Below are positions 36,294-46,562 of a DNA stretch of 64,000 nt, in pieces (position 1 is the first letter of the stretch; each line of letters begins with the position of its first letter). The translations under genes were made by a program, and so were the position numbers. Origin of the DNA: Marsupella aquatica. Its lineage: Eukaryota > Plantae > Marchantiophyta. The notes under the pieces are model-generated. The model was given only the letters and a program-made list of their open reading frames with translations. It was not told the DNA's origin and searched no databases. The stretch is taken from NCBI GenBank assembly GCA_973895155.1, contig OZ316894.1, positions 6,720,234-6,784,233 of the forward strand. Direction: 5' to 3'.

Positions 36294-39087
36294 CATGGAA
36301 CCCCTTTGGTAACCTCATCCAAGTTTACTCGGCTCCGTAGTCGCCAATACCATGCCCCCTTGGGATAGTGGTGTGGTTTGCAACACTTTCCAATATTGGA
36401 GGACCTGCCACCCCCAGACCAACTTTGGTCCAGATATTTTGGCCCCCACCCCATGCCTCTTCCTGTGGTAAACAAAGTGGCAAGACATAACAACAACTGA
36501 GGGGTTGTTGGGGAGTTGGAACCCAGGGCAAGATTGAGTTAGGGTTGGAGATGGAACTTTGGGGTCCCAGGTTTAAAACATTAATTTTTTGTTTTTAGCC
36601 AATGTGGTAAATGTCAGCCTCTCAAAGGTAGGAGATGCTAGGAGTATTCTTCCACAAATTTTCTTGAATTATATCATATTCGTCAGATATCCCTAGATTT
36701 ACATGCAACCGTTAGATTTTGGCAAATGAGATCCATGATTTGGTGGGAGAGTGACCAATGGTATGCAAAAAATCTAGCAAATTTTTGGCAAAAGTGGCGG
36801 AAAAAGTGGTGAACACATTTTGGGGAGGTAGAATTTGGCAAAAGCTTGCACCAAAAAACTACATTTATTGGATCGAGGCTAGGGCCAGGGTCGTCTCAGG
36901 AGTTATCATCGCTTCCTCTTCACTCTCCCTCTTCTGGCCATTCAGTAGTTGTTGTTGCTTAAAAGTTCTCATTAAATGCCAGGAGCCCTTATGAGCTCAC
37001 ATAGGCTTGGAATAGAGAACTTTAAACTCCAAAGGGAAAGAAGCTACGTTCCTCCCTTTCTCTTAAAAGTTGTACTCTGTTGGTACAACTGTACCTCTCT
37101 AGAGGACCTCTATCCTCTTTGTACCTTGTACCTGGGGTCCCAAGAGTAATGAGCTCATATGTCTCTATCTGAAGGTACAATAGTACCTGTCTTGTGCATC
37201 TTTGTGTACCTGGTTTGTGCACACCCGGCCCTGTACCAGGTTTTTTCACGTCCCTTTTTTTTCCCTTATTGGTTCCATATTTACAGGTTTCAATTATTAT
37301 CACCCAAAAGGACACTCCAAATTTGAATGACGACCATGCCATTTTTTGGCGCAACTGTGTATTCTAGTTTAGGATTATGGCTCACTTGGGTTTCCCCTTC
37401 CCCAAAAAACCCAATCATGGCTTGCCAGTCTATCTGTAGTTATCATTAATTTTAGACTGAATCAGCTAAAGTGGTCATTGGCAGAGGGTTCCTCTCCTAC
37501 TACATAACCCTCTAACACCATAATTAGATCTATCAAGACCCAATTACTCTCCATCTGAGTGACTGGTGGTGTCAATGAGATGTCTATCTCAACTTGTTCA
37601 GACCTTTCCGGTGTTCAGCCATGGGCGTGGTGGACCCATTCTAAATGTATATTGAGCTAGCAAAGCATCCATACTGAAATTAGCATAGTTACCACAGACC
37701 AACACTAAACATTTTTCCAATTCTAAGGTTACTCTCTTGAGAATGGGTCTCGAGTATGGTCACTCCTATTGAAATTAGTGTAAAAAAGACCAACACTAGA
37801 ATTTGCAAAACATTGTTCCATTTCTAAAATACAGGAGAATGGGTCTCCAAGTATGGGTTTGCTGATAAGATTAGCTGAGCAGGGGGAGCCAAGCAATGTT
37901 CTTGCCCATGGCTCATGCAATCTATAGGTGCAGACAATCCCCAATCTTTGTTTCGACCCTTCTTTTTGACAACTAAAGCTATTAGTCAAAAAATAAAAAG
38001 ATTAGAGTCATAGAAGGTTGTTTCAGTGGAAAAGAGAACTTCCACATAAAATCTAATTTCTATTTTCTAGTGCCACAATGCAAATGAGAAGCTAGTTTTT
38101 GGAAGTTTGTTGATAAATATTCATATTTAGTCTAGCGTGGTCTACATCTATATTTTATTGCCTTTCTACATGGCTTCACAATTGCATTTAAGCAGCTTAC
38201 ACATTATGTCTTCATTGATATAATGCTTGACATTGATTCTATGATATTTCTGCACACCTGATAACATGATCGTAATGATTGCATGGCTATAACAACACCA
38301 CAACAACTGCATGGATACAGCAACAATATGGCAACGCAACTACAATTGTACAAACCTGTAGGCCATTTAGACCAAGTGCATGGCTACAACTATCACATGA
38401 CCTTAACCACAACATAGCCACAATGACACATAAAAAGTCTCAATCAGTTTGTGGATCCCTGCACAGACCCCATCCTCCCATCTCTCTATAGCAATTCTTC
38501 AATTCAATGCAATGGGAGAAAAGAACTTACCTGGAAATATTTAAGTGTTGTATCAAAGTTATGTGATGTTTTACATGACAATAATTAAAAATATGATCTC
38601 CATATTAGTGCTCATTGCGCTTCATCACTATATTCATTAAAACTGTACTTTTAAAAGTCCATAAGATGAACCCTAAAGTTAATTTTTTTCAGGCCAAATT
38701 CTATTAAAGCATTCCCCAAAGCTAATTTTTTTCAGCCCAAATATACACTTTTGAACGCCCAAAATTTTGTTTTTTTTCACCCAAATGTTTAATAATAACT
38801 TAAATCATATATTCTAATTAATTTAAAAATTAGAGTAAATTTAATTTAGTCCAAAAATCAGAGGCCAATACCACTCAGACCATCTATAAATTAAAAAATA
38901 TAGATGGTCATAAATCAAGGGTCAAAATGAGATTGACCCACTATATAATTATTAAATTGTCCAGTCCAGGGAGAGAGCCTCACACTATGCATATCCTAAT
39001 TATTACTTTATCCTACATGTTCAAAACATATCCTTTGACATAATATGAATGTACAATTCAGGGTAGGCACTAGAGCAACCCTATCTC

Positions 39088-40127
39088 CTAATGATCAAGA
39101 CAAAACTCATTTGAACAAGAAAGTCTGCTTCTTGATTTATCATAGCGGATATCACGGTTGCAAGTATCTCTCGCATGGTGGTTCTTAAACTTATTGGTGA
39201 GATCCCTAGTTCTGAGAACTTTCCAAATAAAATGCCTTCTATTTTGTCTATGAGGACCAGAATAGTTGTCTCCAAGTATTACGTTTGCAGTTTCTTCGAT
39301 CTCATCCGTGGTCCACGTCTCCAGTGGTGGGTAATGCTGCACCTCGTTCTTTCCGTCCCAAGGAATCTCTTCAGGAGTCACATCCAAGATGGTTCCAAAC
39401 TCTTTATGGATACAACGACAATCTCCCCACTTCTGTTCCAAAAGAGCATAGATGGCAGCATGATCCTCCTTGCTTGTTAATAAATTGAAAACAGACCGCT
39501 TTGGATTGTTGACAGTGATATAATGTTGAACGCAGTAAGCCTTTCTCAATTTGCAAAGATACAGCCATAATATCTCGGGCAAAAAAATGTCATTTGAAGC
39601 TGTGTGAGTAAATGGATTTGGAAACAATCCATTCACGTCATAATTCAAAAATGCCTTCAATGGAGAATCATCAATAAGAACTGTATTAGAAGCATCATAT
39701 TTTTCTGGAAAACAGTCCCAAATGGTTTGCAAATTCTTCAGAAGTAAATTGGCCTTCCCATTTGTTATATCTGGCCTTTGGATGCAACTATCAAAGGTAT
39801 CTTCTTGAGTAAAGACAAACTTGAACTTCTGTCGCTCCTCCTCAGTGAAAATCAACTCCATTAAGTCCATTGTTTTTGGCCTCCTTGCACAGGTCCAAAT
39901 TGCGACGTCAAAAACCATGAAAGCTGCATATAGAAATTCGTGGAGGTATGGGCGCTCCACATACATGAAATTAAACCCTCCACGTCTCCCCCAGTGCACA
40001 CCACGTAAACTTGTCTGATTTCGCCATGGTCCTGAGCTTTTGGTCTTAATGCAATCCCAACAAATCTTGTTAAGGTCAAGAACCAAGAGCTTTCGCCGGA
40101 TCGGAGAGTGTAGTATTGGAGTGAATT
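39088..40127 (-). CDS. FCP1/SCP (NIF)-type HAD phosphatase-like domain (last exon)
   Basis: RRKLLVLDLNK, ERPYLHEFL...FDVAIWT, KNLQTIW and YDASNTVLIDDSPLKAFLN. Confidence 0.85.
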
Positions 40128-40481
40128 CTGGAAACATTAAAATAAGCCCTTAGTCAATGCGACTCAAAGTTTAAACAATTACTACGGAGGAAAACTCTCA
40201 AAATTTGAAATCAAACAAACTTTGTTATAGCATTTGAAGTAGAGAGGAACGACCCTGGGGCGACCCTCCTATAAAAACATTAATTACATTCACTTGCCAT
40301 TTTTTAGATCCAAAGTATACCTGGGTCAAACCCTTCCTCCATAGCAACACTTTCCGAGGGAATGCCAACAAAATCCTTTGAGGAAGGAGATTCTACGACG
40401 GAACTTTGGTCTGTAAAAAAGTATATTATTACAAAGATAAAGCTTAGATTGTCATTAAAATACCAAGAACCAAAGAAAGGG

Positions 40482-42671
40482 CTAATAATTTCCAATGCTA
40501 AAATGCCCAAATTCATCTATTGTTTGATCACCTAGAACACTCTGTATCTCGGAATTGATACCACTGGGAAGTTGCTCTTCAAAGGATGGGGGTGCAAAAA
40601 CTAGGCTCAGTCTCAAGTTCAGTTTTTTGTAATCTGATTTTGCCATTATCTTTGGAGCATCGTCTAGTGATTCTATCATTCCAACCTTTGGTCCATTTCT
40701 CCATATAAAATGAGTTGCAGGACGGACTATTTTCATATATCCAGTCCTGCCGATCTCGGATCCAGAATTTTGTGAAAATGATAATACTACGGGGCTTCCT
40801 GTAGAAGCACTTGTAAAAACCAATTTAGTCTTTGATGAGCAATATAGAGGAGACAGGGGAGGATTTGAAGCACCTGCCTTCTCTTCTTCATTTGCAGCGG
40901 TCTCAGGTACTTGACGATCATCCTCCTTTGCAAGCACAATGTCTGACATTTCTCCCAATTCTACTACGTCAATATTGCCTAGACCATCTGCGGTTGCCTT
41001 CCAATGTGCGTCCGATGTGGACGATGTAAGATCTGGGTCTGACTGGTGCATCCAATTCTCTACACCGGCAAAGGGATTTCTTGGTGGGTTGCCCTCAGGT
41101 CGACCCACAACATCGGCCAACCCCACACCAAAGTAGGGAATACCTACCACTTGTGTTCCACGTTCATGATCCAAATTTTGGGTGACCCTGTCGTCTGTGT
41201 CGTGACCCAATTCTCCTTCCTCAATATCATCTTCGCCCTGGTCTACGCCTTCTTTGGTGCCAACATGCTCGGAAACCCCATCGCGGGCTCTACCAAATTT
41301 GGAACCGCCCATCCGATCACTCATTATGGAAGGAACTTTCTCGTAGAGAACCCTTCCATATGCCTGAGTGAAATCATATTCATCCTCAGTGTCTGAATAC
41401 GCAAAGCATTCTCTGAAACACAACAATGACACCTTCATAACCTGTCCTCCCGAGAAAAAGTCAAGTATAGTCTCCCCTTCAGCCGAAAAAAATTCAATAA
41501 TACTCTGCAACATACATTTTGGCTTAGCGTGAATATTCACAAAGCCACCTCTACTTCCCACCATCTCAAACATGGGAGCCTTTCGTAAGAAATCTCCAAT
41601 GTGAAATGCCGAAGTTGACTCAGTCTCTGTCTCCTTACTTGTCTTACTCTTATTCTTATCTCGCTTCTCCGTCTTGTCTTCCACTTGGAAATCAGGGTTG
41701 ATCGTCGAATTGTAAGAAAATTGGCAATTAAATCCAGGCCTGAACACTTGGTTCCAATCAAATTTCTCCTCAGTGGTGATTCCTGCAAAGATTATCTCCT
41801 CCATACCACAACTGAAAAGTAAGCCCTCTGGAACTCGTGTATCACTCCGTCGATAGCTCCCATAGTCAACGTGGATGTCGATTCCCTTTTCATGTTGCAA
41901 TTTCCTAAGGGCACTCAAAATGTTTGCAGCAAGTGGCCCCGGATGCACAGTCATGACAACAACAATTGTTGGATTTCTTGGAAGATCCACAATGTATTGC
42001 AGTAATGCAATAATTTCAGCATCGGTCCAAACATGTTGTCGGAGCCTACTGAAGTCAACAATGGCAAAAGGACACAAAGGCAAAGGCTCTTGTAGCATTT
42101 CCGGCACGGTCGTCTTCATCAAATTATCACTATAAAATGTCAAGAAAGGCTCCGTGCGAGAACGACCAATCCCACCAAATTCTTTACAATACAACCCATC
42201 TCGTCTGACCATCAGACCTTGTGGAAAACTCTCCTTGACCACATTCTTCTTCAATGAATTGTTGAGGTAAACCTCACCCGCTGCTCTCCTCAATTTTTTC
42301 ATCTCAAGCTCAGATTTCAAGGAAGGCAACAATATCACCAGAGACTCCCAAGATGTGCCAACAGGAAACTTTTCACGATACTTTTCCACGAAATAGCCAA
42401 TAATGACTGTTATCAATTTGGACATTATCTTGATTGTAAGGGCCAAGTCTCCCATTGCGACAAGCTCTGATTTGTTGGTGATATCCTTCTTCAGCAAGAC
42501 TCGCTCCTCTTCAACGTCCTTCAAGATCTCAATTATCTGTTTGCTACTAATCTCTCCTTCAAAGCATCGAAAGGTACCGGAGTGATCAATTTTGGGGGTC
42601 TTGGCCCTCCATACCCACCAGCCCCGTCTTGGAGCTTCCCACTCAACCATTTTGCACACACGTTCCGCCAT
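40482..42671 (-). CDS. N6-adenine/N4-cytosine DNA methyltransferase-like domain (beta-class order) plus acidic linker
   Basis: VNIHAKPKCMLQSIIEFFSAEGETILDFFSGG matches HPxQKP..L...I...S.EGD.VLD.FxGxG. Upstream AIVDFS sits at the DPPY position; MEEIIFAG is also present. Confidence 0.7.
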   Translation of the reverse strand: MAERVCKMVEWEAPRRGWWVWRAKTPKIDHSGTFRCFEGEISSKQIIEILKDVEEERVLLKKDITNKSELVAMGDLALTIKIMSKLITVIIGYFVEKYREKFPVGTSWESLVILLPSLKSELEMKKLRRAAGEVYLNNSLKKNVVKESFPQGLMVRRDGLYCKEFGGIGRSRTEPFLTFYSDNLMKTTVPEMLQEPLPLCPFAIVDFSRLRQHVWTDAEIIALLQYIVDLPRNPTIVVVMTVHPGPLAANILSALRKLQHEKGIDIHVDYGSYRRSDTRVPEGLLFSCGMEEIIFAGITTEEKFDWNQVFRPGFNCQFSYNSTINPDFQVEDKTEKRDKNKSKTSKETETESTSAFHIGDFLRKAPMFEMVGSRGGFVNIHAKPKCMLQSIIEFFSAEGETILDFFSGGQVMKVSLLCFRECFAYSDTEDEYDFTQAYGRVLYEKVPSIMSDRMGGSKFGRARDGVSEHVGTKEGVDQGEDDIEEGELGHDTDDRVTQNLDHERGTQVVGIPYFGVGLADVVGRPEGNPPRNPFAGVENWMHQSDPDLTSSTSDAHWKATADGLGNIDVVELGEMSDIVLAKEDDRQVPETAANEEEKAGASNPPLSPLYCSSKTKLVFTSASTGSPVVLSFSQNSGSEIGRTGYMKIVRPATHFIWRNGPKVGMIESLDDAPKIMAKSDYKKLNLRLSLVFAPPSFEEQLPSGINSEIQSVLGDQTIDEFGHFSIGNY

Positions 42672-42849
42672 AATTCAAAGAGCTCATCTTCGGCAAAAAG
42701 TAACCAATAAATGCTCTTTAGGCTTGACTTCCCCATTGTAACCTTTGCCAGGGCAAACCAATCCTGCATATCCAATGGACTTGACATTAGTTTCAGGGTA
42801 CAATGCATATGTTAGAAAATTTATACCTATGTTTGAGACAGGCTAAGCC

Positions 42850-43029
42850 GTCTCGCCCCAAGGGCGTGGCGAACCTCTACATCTAACCGCAATTGACTGA
42901 AATGGAACTAGGGAATTATTCTTAGAGAGACTAGTCTAGGTTGCCTCGCCCTGAGTGCGAGGCAAACATTTGCTTTAATCTTCTAACCAAGGAAAACAAG
43001 AAAAGGTAGCCTCGCCCTTGGGGCGAGGC
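42850..43029. repeat. Three intronic copies of the palindrome GCCTCGCCC-NNN-GGGCGAGGC
   Basis: Copies start at 42850, 42943 and 43009. Confidence 0.85.
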
Positions 43030-43097
43030 AAACCTCTACCACTGACAATATTTAAACAAAGCGGATCAAGAATAGTTTGCGTTGCTCCAACATGTAC

Positions 43098-43640
43098 CTG
43101 ATAGTTTTTCCTGTCTGTATTTTGATTGGTCCCAATCCCTGGATGCGGCGGTTTCCCGCACTCCTCAAACTGCCTTCGTGCATGAACAATAGTCTCTAAA
43201 AAACAAGACTTAAATTGCATAGTATCATTGACAGCATTCGATAAACTTGAATGCTCAACCAAAATTGTCTTCGGAGTGAGGTCAGATAGGATCCTTGATT
43301 TCCTATACTTTAGTTTGTTGGCAAGATCTGTCAGCTTGGCGTCAGTCTCAGCCCACCTTTGGATCCATTGGGCAGCTCTTGCAGAATGCTGGCCACTGAT
43401 GGCAAGGAATTGGATCTCATGCTTCTTTCCTATCCTGAGGTGTGTTGTCATAATGAAGCAACTGTTTAGTGCTCTCGCGATACGGAATCAAATCTACAAC
43501 TTGTGGTTCCTGTCCAGGGTTTTTCATCATAGACTTTGATATCTCCATTGCATGCAAAAGATTGAACATTCGATATACAAAAATGGCCGATGGCGGAATA
43601 ATACTTTTTACAGGAATATCAAAAGTATAATACTGCTCAA
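43098..43640 (-). CDS. ParB/sulfiredoxin-like domain (frameshift near 43440)
   Basis: FDIPVKSIIPP...YRMFNLLHAMEISKSM...VVDLIP / FLAISGQHSARAA...YRKSRILSD...SSLSN; GQH corresponds to the ParB GxxR/GxH loop. Confidence 0.6.
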
Positions 43641-44664
43641 TATTACGCAAAACCTCTTGGCCTTTGAGCACATCATCTTCTTTGGGTCCTTCTGTCGGAC
43701 ACTGTATATCATCCTCTGGATGCAAGACAAAGTTTGAAGTCGACGCTGACATATATTGGTTTTGATTTTGCAACCTTTGCCTTCTTTGTCTGCTTTTTTT
43801 GGGGGCCCTCATCATCTTCATTTTTTTTAGCCATCTTCTTACGGAGTGAACTCCCAGATTGTTTCTCTTGTTGAACAACCGGCTCTCAAAGCTTTCATTT
43901 CTTCTCTGTCTTTGATTGCGCGCTTCTTTCCACTGTCTTCTTTCTCTCCTTTGCCTTATGCTTTGCTTCTTTTTTCTTCATCTCTGAAATCCACGTCCGG
44001 CACGCGGCCTCTTGAAACTCTGGACAAAAAATGAAAGTCTTGTTGATTGCTTGCTCATATGAAAAATGTGCCTTCTCAATCATCCTTTGAACTATCCAAG
44101 TAGACGGAGGGTCCACACTGTCCGCATTGTCATGCATGTGCTTCTTTGCGTAGAGAAATCCAAACACTAGGTCAACTCCACTTATTTGAGAACGCATCTT
44201 CTCAAACATCTGATCAATTGCTACTTCATCTGGGAAGAATCCCATATCAGCTACGCTTATCTCCAATCGAGCCATCCACTCAACATTCAGTAAAGTCAAG
44301 TAGAGTTTTTGGCACCAGAAGTCTCATCCACTGAGATTTCTCATTGGACTCAACAATAATCGTTGCATTGCGGTTGTTGTCCGTGTTCACAAGGACGACT
44401 GGACCTAGAGTAACAATTGTCTTGCGGTCATTCAATTGACTTGTGAGGCCCTTGAAACAAATCAAGAGACTGCCTTCCGCCGACACCCCAACTCTAGTGC
44501 CCATCTAAATCCTGAAGTATCTTGGTCAGGGAAAACAAAGTCCTTGATATCCTCGTCCATAATATTTAACTCCGGCTTCTCAAGATTTTTTCTGGTAAGA
44601 AACATTGAAAACAAAATGGTCAACATCATATTTTTAACATTGACATGTGGAAAACTTTCAAGGT

Positions 44665-45164
44665 GCCTCGCCCTTGGGGCGAGGCGACAAATAGAAGATT
44701 GCAAAATCTTCTTTGCTCCTAGTGCAATTAGCCCTGCCACCTCATCCAAGCAATCAAACATTATTTAGGAATGCAAACGACATCGCCTCGCCCCAAGGGC
44801 GAGGCAACTTCTGGGAAAGCAAACAACATTTAGGAATGCAGACAACATCGCAACTTCTGGGAAAGCAGACAACATTTAGGAATGCAGAGGACATCGCTTC
44901 GCCCCAAGGGCGAGGCAACTTCTGGGAATGCAGACAACATTTAGGAATGCAAATAACATCGCCTCGCCCCAAGGGCGAGGCAACTTCTGGGAATGCAGAC
45001 TACATTTTAGGAATGCAGACGACATCGCCTCGCCCCAAGAGCGAGGCAAAAAATAGAATATAGCTAAAGATCCTTTATTAAAGTAATATACAAGGTCCAA
45101 TACGCCTTTGAAGCAACAAAAAATCTAGAATGAAGTAGACGTCGCCTCGACCTTGGGGCGAGGC
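44665..45164. repeat. Array of about 65-bp units carrying the 21-bp palindrome GCCTCGCCC-CAA-GGGCGAGGC
   Basis: Palindromes start at 44665, 44785, 44896, 44961, 45027 and 45144; the tandem units span about 44757-45047. Confidence 0.92.
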
Positions 45165-45764
45165 GACTGCAAAGGAATATAGAAATTTTCCTAATAAGAA
45201 GTTTGAAATCCAAATTAAAGTAAAGTTTCCTCGCCCTAAGAAGTTGAAGTAGGTGGTGCCTGATCCACTCGTGCCCGATCTGTTGGTGTCCACTCGTGTG
45301 CTGGGTAATGTGTGGGCTTTTTGCCTCTCAAACTGAGTATAGACCTCCCACAATCCATTTTTTGGTTCATTGTTATTTAGACAGTGATTGGTACGGTCAC
45401 TGTGTGACGGGTACCCCGTCACGGGAAGTCACACATAACTGGTTGCAAAGGCCGATACCTTGTTAATAGTCAATGTAAATAAGCCATTTTTTAATTTTTA
45501 GTTAATTCCGTCATTATAGGTTGATGATGCCCCAGGTGACTTTATATTCTTTCTCTCATAATAGTTCTAAGATTTGCGGCGACCTAAGTGGGCAAATATT
45601 TTGGGACCTTGAAACTAGCCAGGACCAGCCCCATAGGACTTACCGTTTTGCTTCAAGAGCTATTGTTGAGACCCCCATTGCAAAGTCAGGAGAGGGGGGG
45701 GTTTTTTTTTAAATAAATCCCTCCTCAGGAGGGCGAGTCCCATTAGTGGCCGTCCGAGAGAAAG

Positions 45765-46139
45765 AGGGGCTGCCTCGCGAGCCCATAGGGCTGCGTGCCC
45801 GGGCGATTAATGGGGCTCCGCGAGCTGAAGGGGCTGCCTCGCGAGCCCATAGGGCTGCGTGCCCGGGCAATTAATGAGGCTCCGCGAGCTGAAGGAGCGC
45901 AAGCGAGCGGGGGGGGGGGGGAGTTAAAGGGCCTCCCGCGAGCTGGGAGGATCACGCGAGCGGGGGGGAGTTAAAGGGCCTCCCGCGAGCTGGGAGGATC
46001 ACGCGAGCGGGGGGGAGTTAAAGGGCCTCCCGCGAGCTGGGAGGATCACGCGAGCGGGGGGGAGTTAAAGGGCCTCCCGCGAGCTGGGAGGATCACGCGA
46101 GCGGGGGGGAGTTGAAGGGCCTCCCGCGAGCCGGGAGGA
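45765..46139. repeat. GC-rich tandem arrays: 2 x 64 bp, then about 4.5 x 47 bp with G7 runs
   Basis: 64-bp units at 45765 and 45829. 47-bp unit gggcctcccgcgagctgggaggatcacgcgagcgggggggagttaaa at 45929, 45976, 46023, 46070 and 46117. Confidence 0.93.
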
Positions 46140-46562
46140 ATGGCCGCGCGCCCTGCATAGGGCCGCGCGCAGGAGGACGCAAGGGTAAGGCCCGAGAAAT
46201 GGGCCGGGGCGCATGGCGAAGGCGCCAGGAGTTTTTTCGGTTCTATTTTTTTTTCCTTCCTTTTTCTTTCCCTCTTCCTTTTGCACGACCCTCTCATTGC
46301 CGAAAGCAAAAACGGGGTTCTTCTCTCTCTTGCCGGAAGCTCTCTCCAGATTCTAATTATTTTTGAAGCTCTCTCTTTCATGGTGGATTAGTGGGGCTTG
46401 CTGGCGTCATTCTTCCAGGCATTAGTGGCGGCCGCACGGAGTAGTGACGGGAAATTGAGAGAATTTAAGTGATCGGGCTACGGGGGCTGTTTCGGGCCAG
46501 GGAATTGACATTGCCACGGGTGACGGGATTGGTGATTGAGAAATTGATTTCGGGATGCATGG

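Larger units (their letters stand above)
39088..44560 (-). pseudogene. Multi-exon, frameshifted gene: ParB-like + beta-class DNA methyltransferase-like + FCP1/SCP HAD phosphatase-like fusion
   Basis: Chain of overlapping minus-strand ORFs (44462-44761, 44280-44504, 43895-44299, 43417-43878, 42975-43451, 42533-42808, 40482-42671, 40304-40516, 39088-40137) linked by frameshifts and phase-compatible introns (40531-40411, 40320-40128, about 43097-42809). Confidence 0.7.

Noticed and set aside
35830-36318. 162-aa ORF
   Set aside because: Built from simple repeats inside TE-derived DNA; no recognisable domain.
44757-45047. Palindromic repeat array as a CRISPR
   Set aside because: The sequences between palindromes are near-identical, so it is a tandem repeat rather than a repeat-spacer array.
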